From Octopus vulgaris (lineage: Eukaryota), in the NCBI GenBank assembly GCA_951406725.2, contig OX597820.1, positions 14,694,001 through 14,758,000 of the forward strand: a stretch of DNA of 64,000 nt. Direction: 5' to 3'. Position numbers and translations under genes: made by a program. The notes beneath the pieces were generated by a model. That model had not been told where the DNA came from and searched no databases. It saw only the letters and a program-made list of their open reading frames with translations. Every line of letters begins with the position of its first letter. Positions within the stretch are counted from its first letter, which is position 1. Shown one piece after another: positions 12,559-24,411 of this stretch.

Positions 12559-12561
<3 letters not shown>
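12020..12561 (-). mobile_element. Family C tRNA-derived SINE split by a LINE fragment
   Basis: The tRNA-like head with A/B boxes and gtgttcttgagcaagac at 12429-12561 matches the 31634 copy. A probable 3' part lies at 12020-12215. Confidence 0.7.
12216..12428 (-). mobile_element. CR1/L2-clade LINE 3' end, 5'-truncated, young
   Basis: Encodes RRGAFSVRVADPWNKLPDEMVKMPTTARFKVSLDHKWPELFT* (CR1 FS.RV...WN.LP...FK..LD motif), then a short UTR and (TAAC)n tail. CpGs are intact. Confidence 0.9.
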
Positions 12562-12606
<45 letters not shown>

Positions 12607-12759
12607 AGTAAACAGGCCGTATAAATTAGTACAAACTGATGACTAAATGGTGTGTGTTTGTGTGTGGTAGCATACTTAAGTGGGGGTTTCTACTACTGGA
12701 TTTATTGATCCCTCCTCCTCTCCTTTAAACACTTATTTCATTTCCACCACTGTTCTCAG

Positions 12760-12777
12760 CCAGTGTCTTGTCTGCAG
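12760..12777 (+). CDS. Candidate 18-nt microexon (open in all phases; phase 2 = xQCLVC[S/R])
   Basis: ~77-nt AG-free pyrimidine-rich tract, then ctcag|CCAGTGTCTTGTCTGCAG|gtgagt with a consensus CAG/GTGAGT donor. Confidence 0.5.
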
Positions 12778-13493
12778 GTGAGTAATTAGGAGAGGCAGAT
12801 AAATCTCCTTGCCCTCCCCACCTGACTGCCAGCCAGATGACACTGTGTGGGTGTGAAAGGTGCTGTCATTTATTTGAATAACAAGTGTTTGTTCCTTTGG
12901 TCATGCTTGTCTCTTCTGATAGACTCTTTCTTGTTTTTTTCTTCCTGTTTTTTTTTCCCTTTTTTTTCCTATCCTATTTGATCTTTTATTCTCTTCCAAC
13001 ATGTGTCAGCCTGGAAATACACACAGATGTCAGGGATGATATCAATGATGATGATGATGCTGATGCTTTTTATCCTTCTGCTTTCCTCTTCTTCTTCTCC
13101 ATTTCTAATCTTCCTATGACAGTTTTTCCTCTTCAGCCTCTTCTATTCATAGATTAAACTCATCCCACCCTCTTCTTAAAGCGGCTCTTCATCAAACTAC
13201 TTACTTACTTATGTTTTCTTGTTGCTTTTTATCTTTCTACTTGTCTTTGTCTTTTATTTTTTTTACTTGTCCCCACCCCCTCAATCGGTCATTGCACTGC
13301 AGCCATGCTGGGGCACTGCTTCCAAGGGTCCAGCCAAACAAATCAATTCCTGTACTTAATTTTTAAAACCTGATAATCTTTCTCTCTGTCTCCTCTGTTG
13401 GACCAAGAAACTACAGGGATGCAAACAAACCAATACTGGTTGTCAAGTAGTGGTGGGGGACAAATACATGCTCAAAGACACACATATAGTCAT

Positions 13494-13529
<36 letters not shown>

Positions 13530-13530
<1 letters not shown>

Positions 13531-13753
13531 ATCATCATTTAACATCCACTTTCCATGCTGGCATGGGTTAGACGGTTTGACTGAGGACTGTCAAGCCAGG
13601 AGGCCTCACCAGGCTCCAATCTGATCTGGTAAGGTTTCAACAGCTGGTTGCCCTTCCTAACGCCAACCACACTGAAAGTGTAGTTGGTGCTTTTTACGTG
13701 CCACCGACACTGGCAATTGGCCACATTTGGATGGTGCTTTTTACCTGCCACCA

Positions 13754-13757
<4 letters not shown>
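13530..13757 (-). mobile_element. Family R element
   Basis: catcatcatttaacatccactttccatgctggcatggg...cccttcctaacgccaaccac. Confidence 0.85.
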
Positions 13758-13805
<48 letters not shown>

Positions 13806-14414
13806 ATGTCACCATGGAAGGTTGATATTAAATGATGATCACATACATATATAAATACACACACATGATGGGCTTCTCTCAGTTTCCTCCTACAAAATTC
13901 CCTCACAAAGCTTTGCTTGCTCTGGGGCTATACTTGAAGGCACTTACCACATGGCCACTCTTGCACCTGTTTGGCTTTTTTGTCATTTTGTTTTTTACTT
14001 TCAGCCACATTCTTATTATATACTTTTTCCCTCTTGTACAATTTATCATTCCCTAAACTGGGAATAGAAACCAGTGTTTTCCCACATGTGATCCAGCACA
14101 AGTACCTCTTATTTGTTTGTCTTCATTTTTCATATAAGCAAACCTCACCTCTTATCATACTGGTAAACCTGAGATCATGCTGTACGCCTTATGTAGACAT
14201 TGATTTATTTCACTAACATTTCTTGTATGTTTGAGACTATTTTTGAACATTTCATACATGTTAAGCTGTGATGACATGTGGTTGTGTTAAACAAAGCCAT
14301 GGTTTTTTTCCAACTCATTTCATGTCACTTGGCCAAATCTAGAACTGTTTCTGTTCTTCTTTGTGATTCAGTGAGGAGTATAATCATAAATTCTTCCATC
14401 ATAGTTTTATTTTT

Positions 14415-15148
14415 CTGGTGACTGCATTACCTTAGGGATGTGGAATCTGGACAGCTTACCATAGATGTGCAAAAACAATTTAATCACTTTCACCTAATAT
14501 GCCTGTGAAAAGTTCTCAATGTTGAAGTGGCAAGATCAGAATTCCTAATACTTCTGTACTTTAGAGAGCTAATACGTCAAACACATTCCAGCTGCTGTGG
14601 AGTGGACATATAGTGCACATGCCTGACTCCAGGCTCCCTAAACAAATTTTCTTTGAACTAGCAGTTGGCTCTTGGCCATATAGTGGACGAAAGAGGGGAT
14701 ACTAGGACATTCTCAGGATGTCTTTGAAAAAGTGTAACTTAATCCTCTAGCATTAAAAACTGACCATATCTGGCCAAAATATTCTGCATGTTTTCTGTTC
14801 AAACTGGTCAGATCTGGGCTCTCACACCTGCCCTACAATGTCATTCTAAAAATAAACAATCACATCATTGAAATCTCAAAGCTATGAGATAATGTGTGAT
14901 AAATTCAAAGCAATGTGAATAAATAATCATTGCATTTGACAGAATAATCTGAATGCTAAAGGGTTTAAAACAGTTTAGATCTTGGGAGCATCTTGCTCAA
15001 GGTCCACTCACTGTGGAGTAGTGTTGTGTACTCTGATGTACAGCACTCATAATCGGAAATGATCAGAGGAATTATAAAAAGGAAGGTTGTTCAGAAAGCA
15101 AGAGTCCCACCAGGTCCAGATCCTGCTTTTACATGCTCCTTCTGTAAC
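14415..15148 (+). pseudogene. RTE-clade LINE RT C-terminal relic, interrupted by a MITE
   Basis: GCGIWTAY, NHFHLICL*KVLNV, WQD, IPNTSVL, LLWSGHIVHMPDSRLPKQIFFEL; after the MITE, SWEHLAQ...AFTCSFCN. Frameshifts and stops present. Confidence 0.9.
14739..14968. mobile_element. TTAA-flanked piggyBac-type MITE (family B)
   Basis: ttaatcctctagcatt...aatgctaaagggtttaa, homologous to the 43355 and 51804 copies. Confidence 0.85.
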
Positions 15149-15405
15149 TCATCATCATCGTCGTCCTTGTTGCTTAATGTCTCCTTTCCATGCTGGCATG
15201 GGTTGGACGGTTTGACTGAGGACTGGCAAGCCAGGAGGCTGCACCAGGCTCCAATCTGATCTGACAAGGTTTCTACAGCTGGATGCCCTTCCTAGTGCCA
15301 ACCACTCCGAGAGTGTAGTAGGTGCTTTTTACATGTCACCAGCACGGGGGCCAGTCAGGCGGCACTGGAATTGACCATGCTCGAATGGTGCTTTTTACGT
15401 GCCAG
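15149..15405 (-). mobile_element. Family R element
   Basis: (CAT)n tail plus conserved gggttggacggtttgac...ggatgcccttcct blocks. Confidence 0.85.
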
Positions 15406-16669
15406 GATTTTATGCAAATATTGGCTTAATGAGCCACCCCATGACCCACAAAGGCTAAAGCTGCTAATCTGGTCATCTTCAGAGACATGAAGGACAAACA
15501 TCATCGAGTCATGCTGATCATCCATTTAAACTGACCCTTAATTTATAAGGATATAAAACAAATACTTAATACAATTTGTGATTCGAGTATGATCTGTATC
15601 AAAGAATGAAACATGTCCTTAACACGTATTCATTCTGCATCAAATGGATTTCAATGAAATTTTTTTCAGTTGTTATTTAGATCAAAATAATAGTTTCTGT
15701 GAATTTTCAGGCAATTTCATTCACTGGAATATTTTTGGCACGAATGGGTTAAAAACTGGATTCCGAACATATATTTCAGTAGCCTTGAATGTGTTTTAAT
15801 TCTCCTTAACACAAACTTGTTACTGAATGATTTAGATTTTCCCTCAACTCATTCTTTCGCACCTACCTTTTACTTTATTACTCAGCTGAGTTTCTTTTCT
15901 GGACTAACAAATGCAAAGTAAATTTGTCCGTTCTTTTGCCAGCCAAGCAATTTTCAGTGACACCAGAAATATGGCTTCTATGGTAACTTATTCTATCACA
16001 AAATCAAATTGTATCTATTCATTTCAACACCACCACCACCACCACCCTGCCTTTGACTCTCTCTCCACCACCTTACCACCTTGCATTATTACCCTGAATA
16101 TAAACTATAAGCTCTGTAATTTTCCTTCTTTGATGCATCACTTTTGCTTTTGTATGCAATAAATAATAGCAGTGATTAGGTAGTTATCATGCATAATGCC
16201 GTCCAGTACAACCTGATTTGCTGAGTTAGTAGTTGCCTATTACATACACACTACATTATTAGCACATTCTCTGAATTTACTCTTTGCTTCATTTATTTTA
16301 TACCCTCATATCAAACGGTCTTTATTCATAGCATTTGTTCAGACAGCTGTTTTCTCTCCATCATAGTAGTGTACTTGCTAATTTAGCTGTTCCCTCTTTC
16401 TTCTCTAATGCTGATTCCAAAGTTGATAGTATAATCGTAGTCCGATCAGATAGCAGTTCACCCTTAAAGATTCTGGAATATTTCAATTTATAATCCTTCC
16501 ACCCCTTAGATATTGGTTGGTTGGGTGGGTGTTGGGTCATGCAAAGATTTGAAGGCAGGATGATAATCTATTTATTAGGCAAGTAAGATCTTTGTAGAAC
16601 GGAAACAGTATGTTGTTTGGTGTGATCTGGGACCGTTTGAAGTGCTGAGCTTCAGTGATTGATTAAGAA

Positions 16670-17165
16670 GGCATGACTGGGCAACTTTGTGGTTTGGGGT
16701 TCAGCCCCATTGTGTGGCACCTCGGGGCAAGTATCTTCTAGTATAGCCCTAGGTGAACCAATGCCTTGTGAGTATTTGTGGTAGATGGAAAGTATGTGGA
16801 AGTCTACTTGTATTTATGTATGTATGTATATGTGTGTGTGTGTATACACACATACACACGTGTGTGTGTTTATGTCTCTCACCACTACTTAAGTCTGGCA
16901 CTTATTCTGTCAGTCTTGTTTGCTGTACTACTAAGTTACAAGGATGTAGACAAACCAACAGCTGTTGTCAAGCAATGGGAAGAACAAAGACACATACACT
17001 CCACACTACAACACACCACATCACACCACACACACACATGGTGAACTTCTACATAGTTTCCATCTTACAAAATCATTCAGAATTACAGAAAACATTTTCC
17101 CAAGGACTGAACCCAGAAGCACATGGTTACCAAGTGAGCTTCTTAACCACCCAGCCATGCCTTCC
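16670..17165. mobile_element. Two family O SINEs in opposite orientation
   Basis: A plus copy (~16670-16890) abuts a minus copy (~16895-17165). Confidence 0.7.
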
Positions 17166-17618
17166 CTGTATATTGAGAAAACTATTTGTTTTTAATGTAC
17201 TTGTTTTGCCTGATTTTTTGATGTGAAATGATGCATTGATAAGAGATGTAGCTGTATCCTGGGAGGGTCAGTTTGTCAACAAAAACACATACATTGCTTC
17301 TATTCCCTTTCTTTTTTCTTATCATTTTTATCATCATTATCACACAATTAGTTAACTAATTAATCAGTTAACTTAGCACGACCAGTTATTAGATTGATCA
17401 ATCAATCACTTGTTTTATTATAATCCTTTTATCACCATTAGCAAAATTTGCAATCTCATCAATGACAGGCTCTCATCAGCTCCCAGATCTGTTGCTATGC
17501 TCCCTTGCTGAGTACAATATCTTATTATTGCACTTATTGATTTTGGAATGCATGTGTGTGTGTTTTGCTTATTTTCATTTAAATAATGGTAGTTTTAATA
17601 TTTCAAAAAAATATTTGG

Positions 17619-17830
17619 TGCTGAACTGGCAGAATCATTAGCATGCCAGTCAAAATGCTCAGTGGCATTTCGCTGGTCTTTATGTTCTGGGTTCAAATTC
17701 TACCAAGGTTGATACTGCTTTTCATCATTTCAGGGTCAGTAAATTAAGTACAGTTGAGCACTGGGGTTGATGTAATCGCCTTATCCGCTCCCCCAAAATT
17801 GCTGGCCTTGTGTCAGAATTTGAAATCAGT
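17619..17830 (+). mobile_element. Family M SINE
   Basis: ctggcagaatcattagc...gggttcaaattc...ggccttgtgtcagaatttgaaa. Confidence 0.85.
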
Positions 17831-17874
17831 ATTTCAAAAAATATTCTGTCTCTTCAAATTTTGAAACATTATGT

Positions 17875-18214
17875 TGGTGTCGCATATGAAGCACCCATGC
17901 TGGTGTCACATTAAGAGCATTCATGTTGGTGCTACAGGAATAACATCAGTGCTGGTGCCCTGTAAAAAGCACCCATGCTGGTACCACATGTAACGGGCCT
18001 GTGCTGGTACCACATAAAAAGCACCTGTGTTAGTGCAGCATAAAAAGCACCCAGTACACTCTGTAGAGGGGCTGGTATTAAGAAAGGCATCCAACAATAA
18101 AAACCATGTCAAAACAGACAACTGGAACCTGGTGCAGTCTTCAAGCTTGCCTAAACTGTCCAACCCATGCCTGCATGGAAAACAGACATTAAATGGGTGA
18201 TGATGATGATGATG
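17875..18214 (+). mobile_element. Family R element with ~28-bp VNTR
   Basis: aaaagcacccatgctggtaccac repeats and a (GAT)n tail. Confidence 0.8.
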
Positions 18215-19587
18215 CAGCAGCAAATTGCTTTGAACATAGGAATTTATAACATAGTTTTTTTCTGAAATAGCAACCAAATTTCTTCCAGAGTACACAACAC
18301 CATTTTTTTTTTATCTTTCAAAGATGGTACTTATGCTTTCATTCTCCTTTGCTGAACTGCTAAGTTTATATATATATATATATATAAATGATGGGCTTCT
18401 TTCAATTTATACCAAATCTGCTCAAAAGGCTTTGGTTGGCCCAAGGCTATAGTAGAAAACGCTTGCCCAAGGTGTCACATAGTAGGACAGAACCTGGAAC
18501 CACACAGCCACGCCTGTGCCTTCAAATTGTCAATTGTATTTTTTTTTAAAGACTGTACACAGTGTATAATTTTAGGAAGATTTGACTGCTATCTTTTGCA
18601 AGTTGAACATTCACATAGAAGCTTCTGTCATTGGCTCAAAGAGTTGGGTGAGGTGATGAAATGGGATACCCATAAAACCCTCAGTCCACCCTGGCACCCT
18701 AATGCTTGTCAGCTTCATTAACAAGCTCTATTTTTAGACAGATCCCTCTTTAAGTCTCTATCTAGTCTTACTGCCATAGATATTCCATATTATATTTTTG
18801 TGTGTGCTGCACACAGTCACAAAATTACTTGTTCTTGTGAGGCCCAAAATAACTAGCCCTTCCTTGCTTACACATAAACCATTGACCTTTCAGTACAAGG
18901 CACAAACTTTGGGTGATGGAACCAATATTAAAATGAAGAACCTTGTTGTTTAATCATTAAAGTAAATTGCCTGGAATTCCCCAAATTTTCATGTTGTGAC
19001 CTTATAGTTTGAGAAACATTTTTTTCTTTTTCGTAGGGGCATTTTTATTATTGTTCTTGTACTTGTTGTTGTTGAAGTTTATGGAGCTTTTATGTGATAT
19101 GTTGTGGACACATTGACAAACATTTTAGGCTCTTTGGGAACTTTTTATTAAAATTATACCAGAGACACACATACGTACTTACGCGCACGTATATACATTT
19201 ATCATCATTGAGAAAATTAGTTTGTCTTGTAGCAATAATAGAATTGTTTCAAATTTTTGGCACAAGGCCAGCAATTTCGTATCTGGTGGGGCAAGTCGTT
19301 TGCATTGACCCCAGTACTTTGTGTGCATTAGTCTTATCTTGACTTCTTGTAAAGCTGTAAACAAGTGCCACTGTTATACAAGCAGTGTCCTTCACTTCCA
19401 GTGTTCCATGAAAGCATTTCTGGTTATGGGGAAGTTATTACCTTACTTGAAAACAGGTGACTGTTGGCAACAGGGAGAGCATCCAGCTGTAGAAAATCTG
19501 CCTCAGTAAAGTCTTTCCGACTCATACAAGCATGGAAAAGAAGACATTAAAATAATGATGATGATGATGATGATAAGGATAATAACA

Positions 19588-20078
19588 TACCAGGCAGTGG
19601 CTCTTGTGGCTTTTGATCTTAACTGATTGAAAGTGTTATCATGTACATTGTTTTGTCTTTGTATAAAAAATGGGCTACAGCAAATATTCTGCTCAATACA
19701 GCCCTTAGTGGCTGCTGATATGTGCATCTCTCATCATGAACAGAAGTAGTGGGAGAACATCATAGCCATGTGTTGAAAGGAATTCTTGGAGATTTGGATA
19801 ATTCACCTCGGGAAGCATGGGTGTTTCGTTTAACATCCTTAACTCTTATTAAGGGACCCTTTGAGTGGGATGGGCTACTTGACCAGAAGAAAATTCTAAC
19901 TGGGCTCCACCTGCAAGGTCATGTGCTATTTAACTTGATATGCGATCACTATGTTGCGCATATATGGTTGTGATGCATGTGCCTGATGTACCCTTATCAG
20001 ATGGGTAGTCATGATGGGTATATTGGGCTTCATATATTTTACCCTAGTGTCATCCACTGCTCTCTCACTCAATAATGA
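19588..20078 (+). mobile_element. Family L ~490-bp retroposon-like repeat ending ctctctcactc(aat)n
   Basis: Homologous to 33812-34262 and 36738-37395, with a shared 3' end. Confidence 0.8.
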
Positions 20079-20579
20079 TAATCTTCTGTTCTCTTTCTCC
20101 TATCTCCCACTTTCTCCTTTCTTTTCCTCCTCCAATTATGGTTAAAAGAATCAGGTGGGAACTCCCAGAGAAAAGTTCAGTCATTTCTACACAATATCCC
20201 TGGCCTCCTCCATGATGTTTCACAGACAAACAGACAGACATCTGACACTGGAGAGAGAACAAGTCACCTTATCAACTCCTCTTCTTCTTCTTCTCTCTCC
20301 ATTTCCTCTTTTAAAAGTCTGCCTCATTTGTTTTTATTTAACATCTTTATACCTCTTCTTTTTTCGTTTTCTTTATTTTACATTACTTTTATCATATTTT
20401 TCTTTTTGTTCCATCTTTGTGTGTCCCCCCCCTTTTTTTACTTGTTTATTTTGTTTCTCTTTTGGTTTTTCTTTACTTTCACCATGTGTGAGTGAGAGAG
20501 AGAGAGACAGACAGAGAGAGAGAGAGAGAGAGAGTCTGTGTCTTTCTGTCTCTCACCTTTCCCCTATCTTCAATTAGAA

Positions 20580-20877
20580 CTGTCTACCATCACCACAACT
20601 ACTACAGTCACCACCACAACTACTACTATCACCACCACCACCGTCACTAACATCACTACTACCACCAACACCACCACCACCACTAATACTACTACCGCCA
20701 CCACTACAACTACTACTACCACCACCACCACCACCACACTACTACAACTACTATCACCACCACTACTACCACCACCACTGCTACCAGTACCACCACCACT
20801 ACTACTACTAATACTACTACCGCCGCCGCCACCACCACCACTACCACTGATGCCGCCACCACTGCCACTACTACTAG
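20580..20877. repeat. (ACC/ACT)n trinucleotide tract
   Basis: Directly visible in the sequence. Confidence 0.9.
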
Positions 20878-21112
20878 TATGGCTACTGTTTCCTTGAGAT
20901 CTGGAACTATTTAGTAAGTTTACTTCTGGAAGGTTCTGAACTTTGCTTAGCTATCTTCTGACAGCAGATGTAATTTAACTTGGCTCTTCACTTTGAAGTC
21001 ACTTGCTTTCAGAACTAGTCAATAAAATAACTTCCCAAATAAGCCGCTGCTCTCTCTTTGCCTTAAACACCCTCCTCCTACCGCTCCTCTTTTCCGGTCG
21101 CATTTCATTTGC

Positions 21113-21150
<38 letters not shown>

Positions 21151-22666
21151 GGCTGTTGTCTTTTACTTACCGTAATGTAATTATCAAACAGTTCGGTATT
21201 GTTACATCATATTTCCTTGCTTCCTTTTGAAGTACGAAATTGTGTGTATGTATGTTGTGTGTATGTATGTGTGTGTGTGTATGTATGTATGTGTGTGTGT
21301 ATGTGTGTGTGTGTCTCTGTGTGTGGGTGTGTTTGTGTATGATTGTGTGTATGTGTTGATAAAGGAGAATTTATAGACTAGCAGTGATCTTGGCAGTGGG
21401 TCTCTCTGTCTGTCTGTCTCTCCTTCTTTCTTTCTCTCTCTCTCTCTCTCACACACACACATACACACACACATACACACACACACATACACACACACAC
21501 ACATAATGTACAAAGAAAGCCACCAGCCGGGTAGCCTTTGAGTAAAATAAGCCCCACTGGACATCACTGCCATGACATTCCCCCCGGACTGGATGCTAGG
21601 CTGTTGCAGTTTTGCTCTTTTACAGCTGAGTGGACTGGGGCATCATGAAATTAAGTATTTTGCTCAAAAACGCAATGCCCTCCCTGGTCCAGGAATTGAA
21701 ACCACAATCTTGCAATCATAAGTGAAACACCCTTACCACTAGGCCATGTACTTAACCCTTTAAAATGTCACTTAATTGAAAAACTTTGTTTTGCATACTT
21801 CTTCACATCTGCACACGTTGCCCCCTTCGCCCTCCGCCTTGTTTCACACGTTATTGCTATTCTTGTACTACATGCACACACTCAGGCACTCACTTGCACT
21901 CAGACGCACACTCACACTCACACACTCAGACTCACACTCAAGCACACACACACACACACACTCACACTATGTACAATAGATACTCCACTAATATCCCGTG
22001 ACTGTGTGTGTGTGTGTTATCTTTATCTGTCAGCCACTGTTTGACAACTAGAGCTGGTTTGTTTACATCTCTCTAACTTAGTGGTTTGACAAAGCGACTG
22101 ATAAAATAGCAACCAGATTAACTACAAAACAACTACTCTGGTTGATTTGTCTAACCAAACCCTTTAGCATGGCTGCCATCCAATGATTGAAACCAGTAAA
22201 GGATGAAAGAAACAGCTCACTGGAAACACATGCTTACATTCTTAAGCACACACACACACAACTTGCACAAATGTTTTTGATTTCCCAGATAAAGAGCTAG
22301 GAAGGCATGGCACTACAATAGCCTTAGTTTTAGAAATATTTGGCCTCTAAAATAAAGGATTTGTGTTTGTATGTGTGTGAGAAAGGGAGGGAGAGAGAGA
22401 AAGAGAGAGGCTTGTGAATTCAGTTTCTGGTTGCTATGCAACAAAAGGAGTACTGTGATAAGAAAACCACTAAGTAAATTTTAGTTCTTTTTCTTATTGT
22501 GGTGGTTGTTGTTGTTGTTGTTATTTAACTGCAGATCAGCCCTAAATTAGCAGGTCTATGACCAAAGACATTCTGGCCATGACCTTCATGTTTTAAGAGA
22601 ATACTGTTTCATTGGGCTGCTGTGTGTGTTAATGAAGAACGATTATAGACCAGCAGTGATCATGGC

Positions 22667-22985
22667 GGAAGCGCAAAGGTCCAGTGGTTAGGGCAGCGGA
22701 CTCGTGGTCGGAGGTTCGCGGTTTCGATTCCCAGACCGGGCGTTGTGTGTGTTTATTGAGCGAAAACACCTAAAAGCTCCATGAGGCTCCAGCAGGGGTT
22801 GGTGACGACTCCTGCTGTACTCTTTTTGCCCAATTTTCTCTCACTCTTTCTTCCTGTTTCTTGAGTAATGCTGTGATGGACTGGAGTCCTGTCCAGCTGG
22901 TGGGGGGGGGGCACATACACCACAGAAACCAGAAACCGGGCCCATGAGCCTGGTTAGGCTTGAAAAGGGCACATAAATAAATAAA
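22667..22985 (+). mobile_element. Young family C tRNA-derived SINE with 12-bp TSD
   Basis: A/B boxes (agtggttagg; gtttcgattcc), (TAAA)n tail, and TSD agtgatcatggc at 22655-22666 and 22986-22997. Confidence 0.92.
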
Positions 22986-23477
22986 AGTGATCATGGCAGC
23001 GGGTCTTTTCTGCCTCTCTCTTTTATGGCATAATATATTAAGAAAGGCACCAGCCTGTAGCCGTTAAGTAAAAGAAAAAAAGTAAGACCCTTGACATTGC
23101 TGTCTTCAGTCCTGGGGCTCCTAGGCCAATTACCTAGTTTCCATGGCATATAAGTTCTTCTGGTCAAATACCCAGGTAGAGCTTGCCTCATTAACTCATA
23201 GGGGTCCTTGTTATTGTTGTTGATGTTGGTTACATTTCAATCCTTAACCTTATGAAATGTGTTGTCAATCACATTACAAGACTGGTGTTCTTCGATTCCG
23301 TTTCCATACTTTTTCTCTTCCTGCTGTTATAGTTCTAACAAATTACTAAACATTAGGTGGATAATTATAGGAAACATACTAAAACATGTCGTCTTTGCTT
23401 TTAGAAGAGACAAAGTTCTTAAGTGCTACTAAGAATGGAAAGGCTATATTTATGTTTTTGCAGTATTAATGTTAGCA

Positions 23478-23915
23478 CTTTACATTCTAAGTTCAAATGT
23501 CACCAAGGTTGACTTAGCCCTGCACCTGTTCAGGGTTGACAAAATAAGTATCAACGTTGGCTCTTTCCATTCTGAGTTCAAATGTCACCATGATCAACTT
23601 TGCCCTTCACCTGTTGAGGGCTGACAAAGTAAGCATCAACGTTGGCTCTTTACACTCTCAGTTCAAATATCACCAAGGTTGACTTTGCCGTTCACCGTTT
23701 CAGGGTTGACTAAATAAGTATCAGCGTTGGCTCTTTACATTCTGAGTTCAAATGTCACCAAGGTTGACTTTGCCCTTCACCGTTTCAGGGTTGACTAAAT
23801 AGGTAATCAGTTGAGCACTGGGTGGGGCTGAGGGGTTAGTCAATTACCTTAACCCCCCCCCCCACTTCTCCACAAACAATCAGGCCTTGTGCCTATAATA
23901 GAAGGGATTATTATT
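23478..23915 (+). repeat. Four tandem 85-bp copies of the family M SINE core plus 3' tail
   Basis: Unit starts at 23478, 23563, 23648 and 23733. Confidence 0.9.
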
Positions 23916-23916
23916 A

Positions 23917-24379
23917 TTTCGTGGCCGTTTGCCAGCTCTGTCTGGCCCCGTGTCGGTGGCACGTAAAAGCATCATCCGCTCGTGTTCGTTGCCAGCCTCG
24001 GCTGGCCCCCGTGCCGGTGACACGTAAAAGCACCGTCCGTTCGTGGCCGTTTGCCAGCTCTGTCTGACCCGTGTCGGCGGCACGTAAAAGCACCATCCGT
24101 TCGTGTCCGTTGCCAGCATCGCCTGGCCCCGTGCCGGTGACACGTAAAAGCACCATCCGTTCGTGGCCGTTGTGCCAGCTCTGTCTGGCACCTGTGCAGG
24201 TGGCACGTAAAAAACACCCACTACACTCGTGGAGTGGTTGGCGTTAGGAAGGGCATCCAGCCGTAGAAACACTGCCAAATCTGACTGGGCCTGATGAAGC
24301 CTTCCAGCTTCACAGACCCCAGTTAAACCATCCAACCCATGCTAGCATGGAAAACGGACGCTAAATGATGATGATGATG

Positions 24380-24380
<1 letters not shown>
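23917..24380 (+). mobile_element. Young family R element with 5 x ~60-bp CpG-rich VNTR
   Basis: Units start near 23949, 24010, 24070, 24130 and 24192, followed by a (GAT)n tail. Confidence 0.9.

Positions 24381-24411
<31 letters not shown>

Noticed and set aside
654-17514. Recurrent TGCTGAGT (Maf half-site-like) motifs
   Set aside because: A short motif scattered over many kb, with no clustering shown beyond chance.
20538-20897. Mucin-like poly-Thr ORF with hydrophobic tail
   Set aside because: Trinucleotide tract whose switch to Pro/Leu is a repeat frameshift; all three frames close before the 20914 donor.
21165-21225. Minus-strand exon candidates (also donors at ~26205, 48317, 48374)
   Set aside because: Good donors but poor acceptors and inconsistent phases. 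They show the background rate of false splice signals.
22667-22742. tRNA gene (also at 31634)
   Set aside because: The tRNA-like head continues into a SINE body with tail and TSD.
23880-24335. 151-aa repeat-protein ORF or CRISPR-like array
   Set aside because: Antisense reading of a retroelement VNTR. The units are near-identical with no unique spacers and no cas genes.
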